Translations under genes and position numbers: made by a program
In this document: positions 11,051 to 21,490 of the stretch, piece after piece
Position numbering within the stretch: the first letter of the stretch is position 1
Layout: each line of letters opens with the position of its first letter
NCBI GenBank assembly: GCA_027923505.1
Contig: BROI01000003.1
Location: 248,001 to 312,000 of the forward strand
DNA from: Mayamaea pseudoterrestris
Lineage: Eukaryota
Reading direction: 5' to 3'
Length of the DNA: 64,000 nt
The notes under the pieces: generated by a model
What the model saw: the letters and a program-made list of their open reading frames with translations, nothing else
Databases searched by the model: none
Told to the model about the DNA's origin: nothing

Positions 11051-11173
11051 ACCCTGCGTCTTTCCTGCAAGGTAGTCGACGGTGCTGTCGAACTTCTCCT
11101 TCACGTTCTCGGTGAAGGTCTTGGTGGGGGCGTTGTCGGAATGATCCGGAGCGACGTTGTTTGGGTTGACCAT
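11051..11173 (-). pseudogene. 5' part of a small hydrophilic (LEA/hydrophilin-like) gene truncated by the retrotransposon
   Basis: aacaaaATG then MVNPNNVAPDHSDNAPTKTFTENVKEKFDSTVDYLAGKTQG with strongly C/G-ending codons; reads into the LTR (CWI-stop at 11039). Confidence 0.6.
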
Positions 11174-11591
11174 TTTGTTTGTTGTTTGAGTTTTGTCGGG
11201 TTGATAGTTGCTGCTGAAGCTTTTTGTGAGAGGATCTGATCATGATCGCATCCTCGATCCAAAAAAGCACGGAGGTTCGCAAGAGACTCGATGCGTTTCG
11301 AAGAGCACCTTCGTGCATTGCAGCCCTGTGACGCGCTTCCGGGAAAGCACGACTGCCATTCTTTGGAAATCGATGGAGGACGATTCGATTCATTATAGCT
11401 AGGTAACTGCTACCAAACTACGACTAACACTAACGATAGGTTTTGAAGTGGTAGCTCTTAATTTCAAGCTTACTAGCAAACTTGTGAAGCCATCTATCAA
11501 ACCTGTACCAGCGTCTACTTTAGTTAAACTATAAGCGCAATTGTTATCACATAGATGCAGTTACGCAAAACTGTATTTGCTGACACCTTAG

Positions 11592-13232
11592 TTACAGCAT
11601 TAGCAGCTGCGGCTGGTTCATATACTGCCGAAACGCCGACAGAAACAAGGCTGCAGTTGGTTCATCAACCGCTCTGCGGTCGGCAGACAATCTAGCCGTC
11701 ATGATGGTTTGAATTACCGGCGATTTCTGGTCAACCGCGCCATCCACATACGGTGTTGGAACCACTCGTCGGGAACCTCCTCCTACCGCAAGAATGGCAG
11801 CTTGCGGAGGGTTAATCACTGCTGAAAATTCGTCAATTCCAAACATGCCCAGGTTGCTAATGCTAAAGGTTCCGCCCTGATACTCGGCCGGAGCCAACTT
11901 GCCCTCGCGAGCGCGGCCGGCCAAATCCTTCACCTTGTTGGTAATCTCTGCTAGCCCCAGCTGGTCCGTGCCAAAGACAATCGGTGTGATCAAGCCAGTT
12001 GGCGTTGCAACCGCGACGCTTATATCAACTGTTTCGGATACATGAATGGCTCCGTCAGTGTTTTGAATCGTTGCATTTACTCGAGGTACATCTCGTAGCG
12101 CCATGGCGCAGCACTTGATGACAAAGTCGTTGATGCTAATCTTGACATCAAACTCATTGACTAGTTGCTTGCGAAGCTTCATTATTTGATCCAGCTGGAC
12201 GGGCATGGCCGTGTAAAAGTGCGGAACGTTGCGCTTGCTGTCTGTCAATCGACTAGCAATGATTTTGCGCATCTTGTTATTGGCAACATCTTCGTAAGAG
12301 CCTGTTGTATGTATCGTCTCAGCAACCAAGTCTTGAAGTGTCAATGGAACATGAGCTCTTGTAGTCGCTGCAGGTGCTGGTGGAACTGCATTAGTCGTTG
12401 CAGTCGTTGGTGCAGCTGCTTGATCGTTCGTGCTGGATGGTGCTTTGGCAGGTTCTTCCTTTCTCAAGGCTGGCATACTTCCATCGACAAGTGCCTGCAT
12501 GACATCTCCCTTGGTAACCCGTCCTCCTTTTCCACTTCCAGACAGAACCGTCGCATCCAAGCCCTTGGATTCGGCCAAGTGTCGAGCCGACGGCAGCAAG
12601 ATGGAACCACCACCGCTCATGCTTGTCACAGGGGAGGCGACAGATGACGTCGAGTCTTCCTTGATCTCTTCTTTAGATTCTACCGCAGCTGCAGCTGCGG
12701 CATCCTTACTTGCAGCAGGACTATCAGCTACATAATTAGCAAACGCTGCAACATCACCTTCTTCCTCGACAACCACACAAATAGGCGTTCCCACCGCTAC
12801 ACTCTCATCCGATCCAGCCTGCAACAAGATTTTAGCCAAGATTCCATCATCCTGCGCCTCAAAGTCGACGCTTGCCTTGTCGGTATCAATGCTGCAGAGT
12901 GCCGTGCCGGCACCAAAGGAGTCGCCCTCCTGGACGAGCCACTGGGAAATGCTTCCGGAATCCATGGTTGGACTGAGGGCTGGCATGGGGAAAAGTATAT
13001 GCGGAGGATAATCCTCTTGAGCAAACTGAATGGAGCTGCATGAGTATAGTCGTTTCGTAGATGCTGGCCATGATGAAGGACAAACAGAGAAAGCAGCAGA
13101 TGGCGCGAATGTTCGACTGGAGTTCAAGCTGCATGACGGTGTAGCTGTCGTTGAAAAGCTAGCGCCTGGAGCAGCTGACCTCGCCAGAATGCGTCGTGAT
13201 ATGTTTCTTCGAAGGAACACAGCAGTCGACAT
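11592..13232 (-). CDS. Pyruvate dehydrogenase E2-family protein (lipoyl + E3-binding + 2-oxoacid_dh domains), mitochondrial; probably E3BP/PDHX-like
   Basis: MPALSPTM..IDTDKA (lipoyl Lys); GSGKGGRVTKGDV; GTFSISNLGM..INPPQ; C-terminal SADRRAVDE in place of DHRxxDG; Arg/Ser-rich presequence from ATG 13232. Confidence 0.9.
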   Translation of the reverse strand: MSTAVFLRRNISRRILARSAAPGASFSTTATPSCSLNSSRTFAPSAAFSVCPSSWPASTKRLYSCSSIQFAQEDYPPHILFPMPALSPTMDSGSISQWLVQEGDSFGAGTALCSIDTDKASVDFEAQDDGILAKILLQAGSDESVAVGTPICVVVEEEGDVAAFANYVADSPAASKDAAAAAAVESKEEIKEDSTSSVASPVTSMSGGGSILLPSARHLAESKGLDATVLSGSGKGGRVTKGDVMQALVDGSMPALRKEEPAKAPSSTNDQAAAPTTATTNAVPPAPAATTRAHVPLTLQDLVAETIHTTGSYEDVANNKMRKIIASRLTDSKRNVPHFYTAMPVQLDQIMKLRKQLVNEFDVKISINDFVIKCCAMALRDVPRVNATIQNTDGAIHVSETVDISVAVATPTGLITPIVFGTDQLGLAEITNKVKDLAGRAREGKLAPAEYQGGTFSISNLGMFGIDEFSAVINPPQAAILAVGGGSRRVVPTPYVDGAVDQKSPVIQTIMTARLSADRRAVDEPTAALFLSAFRQYMNQPQLLML

Positions 13233-13454
13233 GTTTGTTACAAGGAATAGTACCAGTAGTCGAAGCGATGAGACTGCTCGCCCACTTTTGCTGCTGCATG
13301 CGTCGCTGTACGCGACGAGAGATGATTTAAGTACCGGTACGATGCAGTGGAGTCTCGTTACGACGTCGACGTCCTCATTCATCACGATATATTATGATGC
13401 GTCGACCATGAAAATACATCACCTCCTCTGGCGGATGAAATTCTCGACATCACC

Positions 13455-15061
13455 ATGAAGAATCAGCGCAGCTTTATATCTCTAATAGCATTACTTCCTG
13501 TCAGTGGATGGTTACTACAAATTAGACATCCGACTTCGAGGATACCAGCGAGCCATTTCCGTCGACAGTCACGCATCGATGCAGCATCGGATGGAATTCA
13601 CAACACTTCGCTTCTTGACAACGGCAATAATATATCGAAGGAACAAGACCAAGTAGAAACAACTCGAAAGTATAACCTTGGCTTGGGCAAAAATCGACCA
13701 GTCGTCGTTGATAGTAGCAGCAGCAACAAAGTCAACGGAGACTTTAATTCTTCCTATTGGATCGCTCCCGATCCAGTCGCTAAACCAGCCACTTATCGAC
13801 CACCAAATGGAGCACCAAATGATGCAGCAATATCAGAAACAATACCAAGGACGAATGGCGAGCCGCAAGCAATCAAAACTCGTCGCATGGTGGCCCGAGA
13901 CAATGATGCGCAACGACTGCGAGGTGTAATTGATGAGGAACATTTCAATGCGCCAAAAAACATGGATGAACCGTCGCAGCATGAACAAGCAGCCGACTCT
14001 ATCAGTAACAGCATTGGGAATGATATATTAAGTCAGTCATCTAATCCTACGGTTGCACGCCCTAAGGCCTTTTACCCAGACATTGACTTGTCCATTCCCG
14101 ACTCTGTCTACTGTCCAGCAAACGGAACGGACCTCGTCTGGGACTTGCTGCGATGGGAAGCCTACCAACAGGCCCAGCAGGAACCTTTACTGGTATCATT
14201 TTTGCATTCGACCATTTTGAATCATCGCTCGCTCGAAAGTTCATTGGCCTTTTTGCTGGCGAATCGCCTGCAGAGCCCCGCCATGATGATTTCCACGCAG
14301 CTGCAGTCGCTGATACTAGAGGCACTCAAGTGCAGCACCTTTCGACGAGCCCTTCGCGCCGACATGATGGCTGTTCGCGACCGAGATCCTGCCTGCGCCT
14401 ATCTTCCTGATGTATTCTTGTACTTCAAAGGCTTTCACGCACTGCAGAGTCATCGGGTCGCTCACGTGCTGTGGGAGCAGGGTCGACAGGTGCTGGCACT
14501 CTACTTGCAGTCGCAAGTGAGTCAAATCTTTCAAATTGATATTCATCCCAATGCGACGCTGGGGAGGGGTATCATGCTGGATCATGGAACCGGCATTGTG
14601 ATTGGAGAAACGGTGAGCTCTCATGTGTTTTAGTGCAGAACATCTCGATGAGTGCATGCGCTTGTCTTGTCCAGTTTCTAGACTGCCATCGGAATAAGCG
14701 ACTTACATTTTTCTAATGTTTGCTTTGACAGGCAAGCGTCGGCCATAACTGCAGCATATTGCACCACGTGACATTAGGTGGATCCGGCAAGAAGGGACTC
14801 ATTCGACATCCACAAGTAGGCGATGGCGTCTTGCTTGGTGCTGGCGCCACTGTCTTGGGTTCAGTCTCTATTGGCGACGGCAGTCAAGTGGGCGCAGGCA
14901 CGTTAGTTATTGTCGACTTGCCTCCCCACTGCGTGGCGGTTGGCGTTCCAGCGAGAATCATTGGAAGCTTTGTGGATGTGACGCAGCAGCCTTCGCGATC
15001 GATGGATCAAATGATGGATGACAAGAATATTATCTTTACGTTCGAGTCGGATGGTATATAG
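13455..15061 (+). CDS. cysE: Serine O-acetyltransferase, probably plastid-targeted; exons 13455-14612, 14732-15061
   Basis: DRDPAC..KGFHALQSHRVAH..IDIHPNA..DHGTGIVIGET|ASVGHNCSILHHVTLGGSGK..RHP; GT-AG intron 14613-14731. Confidence 0.95.
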
Positions 15062-15392
15062 TATGCGGTTTTTTGGGTGAGCTAATTCAAATTAGCGGTG
15101 ATAAGGCTCGGCAGCTCAAATGTTAGCATTGTTTGAGCTGATGGGTCTAACAATAGGCTATGCTGCGCTAAAGATCAGAGTCTGCTTATGTGACAGTGTG
15201 ATAGCTGTGGATTAGGCCATCAAGATGAGTCAAACAACTTGATCGTTTTGGCGCTAGCGAATGGATGGGTAACATAGCACATTAGGGTTAAGGATTTGAG
15301 TCGAACAAGTCGAAGTTGAAGCCTGCACCACGCAAGATCGCGACGTCTGCTTAATGCAATTGGCATATTCCGTCTGGATTCATACTGTCACC

Positions 15393-16270
15393 ATGGCCAA
15401 GCTTTCCCTACCTGTCATTGCCACCCTTGTTGCAGGAGCCTCTGCCTTCGCGCCGGTCGCCCGGCCAAGCGCCAAGTCTTCATTGCAGGCGGCAACTGAA
15501 TCGAAGGGCTACTGGGATCCCCTAGGATTGTACGAGCTGGGCAGTGGAGAAGCATTCGACACATTCCCCAACATGTTCCCTGCCAAGCAATACTTGGATG
15601 ATTCCGAGAAGAAGCACGGACGCATGGTATGTTGCTTTTGGTTTGGTGGAAATTATAGGTCGCTGGGATTTGCTTCGGAAACGAGACGATATCATTACAT
15701 CGAACTTGACGACTATCTGCTTGCTCGCAAGAACACAGTTGCGATACTCTGTACGCTCACATTACTTCGTCTTTCCTACAGGCTATGCTTGCATGGACAG
15801 GAATTTGGGCAACCCATCAAGGAGGCCTCGGACTTGGCCTTCACTGGGACGGCTTCCCAGAAGCCGAATGGACCGATGCCTTGGGAGTCTTCGCCAATGA
15901 GCAACCCGGTTGGTTCGGAGCCATTCTAGGTTTCATTGCGATTGCCGAGGGCGAATCTGTTGGGCATTCAGGCGACAACTTCCGTGGCTTGTCTACCAAG
16001 GAGGCTGCTGGTGACCTTAACTTTGACTACCTTGGCATCAAGAAGAAGATTTCACCAGAAAAGTTGGCACGTTATAATGACGTCGAGACAAAGAACGGCC
16101 GCGCGGTAAGCATCTTTACTTGTTTGTCGAATGTTTAGTAGTCAATGGCGACTATGTCTCACATGACTTTCCGTGAACCTCTGCAGGCGATGATTGCCAT
16201 GGCATCCTTGTTCGCATATGAATCCATTCCAGGAAGTGTCCCAATCATGGACCTCCTCGGTGCTAACTAA
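15393..16270 (+). CDS. Light-harvesting complex (fucoxanthin-chlorophyll a/c) protein; exons 15393-15626, 15782-16105, 16187-16270
   Basis: ASAFAP targeting motif, WDPLG, EKKHGRM|AMLA, ETKNGRA|AMIA; two GT-AG introns. Confidence 0.95.
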
Positions 16271-16398
16271 AAATCAAATTACATACAGCTCTCTTATTAG
16301 TTCGCATTTATCTTTTGTAGCAATGTCATTGTCCCGTTGTTACAGCATAGTCTGTGGTTGTGGGGATTTATCTCGGGCAAAGTGTCTACGTAGGCCCA

Positions 16399-17166
16399 TC
16401 AAATTCTCGGCACCATGGACGAGTGTACAAATCGAAAGACACTCATCAAAAGTAGTCCAAAACCAATCTCTAAGGGCATGATACCTTCCTCCGGTATAGA
16501 TCCGACAGATCGGTGCTGTAAACAAGCCATGATGAAGGCGACAATCAATCGTAAATTGATGGCATGCAAGAACGTTGAAAAGCCCAGCAGCATGGCTGCC
16601 TTTGGGCCGCCTCGTTCATCCGATGCATCATAGTGACCATCTTTAGCCGAAAAAAGAAAGGCGCCATTGATTAGACCAGCGCCAATCCAAAGTAGACTCA
16701 TCAATGACCCTTCGCTGAGTGCGGCTGGTAGAAAGGAAATGTCCATTCGATGAGTCACCCAAAAAGAAATCGACAGCGCCAGATTCACAATGAGAAAGAT
16801 GTCGTAGTATAATAGACTTGTGTCTTCAATCTTGAAAGGTGGAGTCTTATTCAGTAGTTCTTCGCCTTGTTTTCTCACAGATTGCATCAGTTTGGACATC
16901 ATGTTCTCTGCGTCGTCAGCTTTTCGTTCGAGACTTTCCGTAATCTTGTCCTCATCTTTTACCTCGCTTGACATTTGAAATGAGTAGAGACAACTTTGTC
17001 GATTGTGAAATTGATGGATTCGACTAAGACTAAGCTGCTGTCCAAGTCGTGACAAAGGCAAAGATGACGCGACGAACCCATGGCAATGGAATGGTATGAG
17101 CACCAACAAAATTGCAGCCCAGTGATGCGGCGCTCGCCTCCTTAATGCTCTATCTGATGCAACCAT
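16399..17166 (-). CDS. Hypothetical multi-pass membrane protein, probably plastid-targeted
   Basis: Signal peptide ending CHG-FVAS, Ser/Arg-rich transit region, ~4 hydrophobic segments; the start at 17166 is inferred. Confidence 0.65.
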   Translation of the reverse strand: MVASDRALRRRAPHHWAAILLVLIPFHCHGFVASSLPLSRLGQQLSLSRIHQFHNRQSCLYSFQMSSEVKDEDKITESLERKADDAENMMSKLMQSVRKQGEELLNKTPPFKIEDTSLLYYDIFLIVNLALSISFWVTHRMDISFLPAALSEGSLMSLLWIGAGLINGAFLFSAKDGHYDASDERGGPKAAMLLGFSTFLHAINLRLIVAFIMACLQHRSVGSIPEEGIMPLEIGFGLLLMSVFRFVHSSMVPRI

Positions 17167-17457
17167 CTTTCTTTCAGTTTTTTTGTTCGGAGAAATCTTG
17201 TAGGAGTTGATTGATGGAAAGGCAAACCACCTCCTGTTCGACTTCCATGGACGCGAACAGAACTTCGTCCTGCTCGCAGCTTCGTCAGCGATAAGTGAGT
17301 ACCCATCCGACATGAGTGCTGCTGCGACGCATCGCCTCAAGGTTTGCGCAAGATGTTCCGCAGTAAAGCTCCATACAAACAAACCAAAACAAAAGTATAT
17401 GAATGTACACATATAAGTAATTACTTCTTGTAAAGCCTGGCAAAATTTGTATGGTTT

Positions 17458-18254
17458 TTACTCGGCAGCACCACCTCGTTGCATGCAAATCCGATAACAG
17501 CCGGCCAGACAATACGCTTGGCATCGGCCACACATGACCAAGACGGGTCGAAGCAAGTGACCCATGACAGCCATGACATACTTGAGACCCGCTGCCCCAC
17601 CAGGTAGAAAGCTGATTAGATACCATAGGAGCGCCGCGAGCTGAACGCCGGATGCTGCAATGACCATGGCGTATCCTCGTAAACCTCCAAACGAAAATGT
17701 AAAATACAGTGTCGATAGCATAGAACCAACGTAGATTGTCGTGAAATAAAGACGCTCCCGTTGTAGCATGCTCATCAAATGTTCCTTGGGTCCTTTTAGA
17801 ATCGCAAAGGAAAACATGAACATGAGGCTCCCCATTGTGAATGACAAGGCAAACTTTTGCGGCCGCACCGTAATCATGGGAAGTCCCACAAAGAATGCAA
17901 GAGCAAAGAACAAGGCCGACAGAAACAAGATAGCGCAGAAAACCTGTTAAAAAGAAAGCACCGGTTATAACTTCAGATGAGTATGCAGTGCTTGCCGACG
18001 AACAAGAAACACTCGCAGTTGACTGTATCTACCTTGAATCTTTGTTGATATCCCATACCCATGACCTTTTGCGGCATCTGTGCCTCCATACTAGACTTCA
18101 TTCCGTCCCAGCTTATCGTGGGTATGGACTCTGTACTGACGTTGAACAGTGGCAAAACATCTTCAGTGGATGGAAACCACGAGGAAGACGACGGCGTGCC
18201 AGATTCTTCGGCACGCTTGTCGTCGTACCACTGCCCAAATGAAGACGACGACAT
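17458..18254 (-). CDS. SFT2: SFT2/Got1-like vesicle transport protein; exons 18033-18254, 17458-17943
   Basis: YQQRFK|VFCAILF..RPQKFALSFTMGS..LKGP..ERL..TLYF..Q..ALLWYLISFLPGG; GT-AG intron 17944-18032. Confidence 0.9.
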
Positions 18255-19068
18255 GCCCTTTCTGTTCCTTCCTGTTGTTACCGTAATGATTGTTTATCGT
18301 TTAGATTCTGCACGGTTCCAAAGTGACGGCGCTTCCGTCATGGTTGAGCGGCGGAAGGCGCGCGTCGTTTCGAGACTGTCAAGTCGCAGTGGGACTAATT
18401 TCAGTACCGGTCAGATTCATTGCTAGCGAAACGCAGCTAACAAACATGCCGAATGGAAAGCCTACTGGTGCGTCGTTTCGCAAATAAGACTAAATGATCA
18501 AAACAGTTTATGTTTAGCTTAGACCTGGATGGATAAGTACAAGGAGAATAGAGAATTCAGCAGGTCCAGGTCCCGCCTAGCGCCGAACTTTAATGAATGT
18601 CCAGGCATGCAGATTCAACCAATCAAAAACGTTGAGATGACGTCGAACGCCTCAAAGGCCAATCGCAAAGCTCCACCATGGAACGACTTGCAACTTGACG
18701 ACCATGGTTCAGATTTTATCCAAATGAAACAATGATCGGGCGCGGCGGGACCGTCGCGGCGCCGCGCAGGCATGAAGCCATGACAATAATGCAGCCAATT
18801 TGCCATCAACCGTTAGCTTTCATCTCTCGCTGAACCATCATGCATTATTTCGCAACCATCATTCATATCTTTGCCTTCGTCTCCTTCGCTTCGTTCGCTG
18901 GTGACGGTGACGGTGGCGGTGACAGCAAGCCTCTTGCGACAATGCAAGCGTCCATCGGTGAAGAAGGGGTACGATACTATGTCTGCGATTGGTGCAGTCG
19001 CTTGTAGGCAGGCACAATGTATCACCGTCAATTCATTTTTCGCTCGTTTTGTCCCTTAGCAGGTCGAC

Positions 19069-19668
19069 ATGAGCTACAAGTACAACGTCATTCCGACTGC
19101 ACCTCTTCGCGGATCTTTCCGTTTGGTAACAAAACCGACCTTGACATCCGCCAAGGCCAATGACACTGCTACAGCTCGTTCCTTGTCGCATTCGTCTTCC
19201 GCGAGTCTGGAACACAACAAGACGCCGACCACGAACGACAATGCGTACGTTAGTGTCGCCGGGGTTGCCTTCCGTTTCAATGCGCCCACTGACGCGCCAT
19301 CTACCAATGGGAAAGATGCTGCTGCGTCTCGCGCAATGTCGAGCGTCGATTATAACTCGACTGTCGCGAAAACAAGTGATTTGATTTGGAAAGATGACGC
19401 TTACAACACCTTTCGTGAATATGGTCGGTCAACGATTCTTAGTCTTCAAACGGTTGCTGCTTGTTTGTTGGAGTTTACAAACTGGATGACTTTACCGGGC
19501 TTTTTCTACTCCAGCAAGAGTACTACTGCCGTACCGGTTGAACCGGAAAACGAAAGAGTCAATGGAACTTTAAGCTTTTTGTCCGAGGATGCCTGTGCTA
19601 CGTTGGTACGTTTCACCCAGCAATTTTGTCGGCAGTTGCTGCGGTCGCTTGAATCTACTTTTTCCTAG
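19069..19668 (+). CDS. Hypothetical protein (orphan; possibly a fragment of a decayed larger gene)
   Basis: 199-aa ATG-initiated ORF with no recognisable motif. Confidence 0.35.
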   Translation: MSYKYNVIPTAPLRGSFRLVTKPTLTSAKANDTATARSLSHSSSASLEHNKTPTTNDNAYVSVAGVAFRFNAPTDAPSTNGKDAAASRAMSSVDYNSTVAKTSDLIWKDDAYNTFREYGRSTILSLQTVAACLLEFTNWMTLPGFFYSSKSTTAVPVEPENERVNGTLSFLSEDACATLVRFTQQFCRQLLRSLESTFS

Positions 19669-20062
19669 TGGTACGACTCATGCGCGCTTCTTAACGCATT
19701 TTTCATATCTTTTTGTAGAATCGCTGGCAGCAATTGGTGATTTCAAGTGTTTCGCATGTATTTCGGGTGCTCTTGCGTGTGGCGCACGCCCTATATGAGT
19801 ATGACAACTTATTGGAGCCGTCCGGGGTAGAGGCGAACTCGGTTAGGTCAAAAAAAAACGTGCGGAAAAGGTTTGGGCATGGCTAATATGAGAATGGAAC
19901 GAAGCAAAGCAGATCCAGAACGCGTCAGATCAAACATGGAGCCTAAGGACAAGAGCGAGAAAGTAAATGGAGGCACCATGCTGTTGAATGTCTGGGAATG
20001 TCTGAGAAATCTGCTGGTTTATTTTAGCGAGCTGGTGTTTCATAGGGGCACGGAACTGACCG

Positions 20063-21490
20063 ATGAAAGCACGGAGCACTAGACCGTACGAAAAATGGAC
20101 TTGTATGCAGTGCATCATACAGCTGGAGGGTAGCAATGCGGGTGTGAGCGATGATAGGCTGACCAAAGACTACAAGCTGATCATTGACAAGAGCGATACA
20201 TTTACAAAACGATGTATCCGGCAAGCCGCGAGACTGTTGGACGCTAGCGGGGTTGAAACAAGTCCCGTAGCACTTTGTTCCGGACTGTCTTTCCTTGACA
20301 TTGTGATGTGTTGCTGGGCCATTGACCATTGTCGAGCCTCTAAGCGTGGTGCACAGCATGCTTTAGAGAGCATTGCACAAAACAATAAAATCGGGCAGCT
20401 ACAACAGCAGATATCTTTCCATGTGATTGTGGGGGGTTGTTGGGCCATTGACCATAGTCGAGTCTCCAAGCGTTATACACAGCATGCATTTAAGTGCATT
20501 GCTATCAAAGAAGAAATCGGGCAGCTCAAACTGCAGAATAAGCGGCAAGCCGCCAAGAATTCTCAGCTTACTTGGCAAAACCAGCAACTCGTGGAGCGAG
20601 GAGCGCAACAAGAAACTCATCGCGACACTGAGATTGGCCCGCAGCCGGCCAAATTGATTGCTGCTCATGAAGCCGAGTTGGTCGAATTGAACTTACGACT
20701 AAAACAACGTGACAATGCTTTGGCCGAGAGTGAAAACAAGCAGAACCGACTCACTGAGCAAAACGTGGATCTCACTCAACAAAATGTGGACCTCTCGCAA
20801 CTAAATTCGGACCTTAACAAGCAATTAGGCATGGAGCTTCTAAACAACAACAACGAAATTGCGCGACTCAAGCAGAAGCACTTAGCTGCTCTCCACCCTG
20901 AGCAGCATATGGTGACCTTGCAAGAAGCCGAGCAAGAATTTTTGTCCGATGAGGTTGCTGCGTTAAGGAACAATATTTCTGTACTTGCGGGGCACAGCTT
21001 ATCCCTTTTTAGTGAGATTATTGAGCACGACGGTGAAATTGGTCAGCATTTTTGGGGATTCGAGCACTTAGTCGAACAGGCAGCCAAGAAGGACTGTGCG
21101 AATAATTTGCTCAAGCAACGTCTAAACATGTTCACGCGGCGACTTAAAAAAAGCCAAGAACGGGCCGTCCAACATGCAGTTGAGGTCGAGGAGCTGAAAC
21201 GCGACCTAGACTTTTGTTTCGACGAGCTTGCCGATGAGACTTATGGTCATAGAAAGATGTTGTCTACAATAGTGGAGTGGATCTTGAGGCGTTGTCAAGA
21301 TCATGTCCATCGCTTGACGGATCTCGATAACGAGCTTGTTTCATTACAGAACAAGCTCAACAAGCGCATGAGTTTAACGCCAGTTAAACAAGCCAACGTG
21401 CAGCGCCAGGAAAAGAATCACGAAGATGGCGGGTCTATTGGTCGCGTTGGGGCTGTTGAAGCCAACCTTGCGAATGGAGTGCGAGTTTAG
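20063..21490 (+). CDS. Orphan coiled-coil protein with an internal 42-aa duplication
   Basis: 475-aa ORF with Q/E/L heptads (LTEQNVDLTQQNVDLSQLNSDL) and two CWAIDH..SKR..QHA..IA....IGQL units. Confidence 0.55.
   Translation: MKARSTRPYEKWTCMQCIIQLEGSNAGVSDDRLTKDYKLIIDKSDTFTKRCIRQAARLLDASGVETSPVALCSGLSFLDIVMCCWAIDHCRASKRGAQHALESIAQNNKIGQLQQQISFHVIVGGCWAIDHSRVSKRYTQHAFKCIAIKEEIGQLKLQNKRQAAKNSQLTWQNQQLVERGAQQETHRDTEIGPQPAKLIAAHEAELVELNLRLKQRDNALAESENKQNRLTEQNVDLTQQNVDLSQLNSDLNKQLGMELLNNNNEIARLKQKHLAALHPEQHMVTLQEAEQEFLSDEVAALRNNISVLAGHSLSLFSEIIEHDGEIGQHFWGFEHLVEQAAKKDCANNLLKQRLNMFTRRLKKSQERAVQHAVEVEELKRDLDFCFDELADETYGHRKMLSTIVEWILRRCQDHVHRLTDLDNELVSLQNKLNKRMSLTPVKQANVQRQEKNHEDGGSIGRVGAVEANLANGVRV

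Noticed and set aside
11592..15061. Functional pairing of the divergent E2-like and serine acetyltransferase genes via acetyl-CoA
   Set aside because: Different predicted compartments; head-to-head adjacency is common in compact genomes
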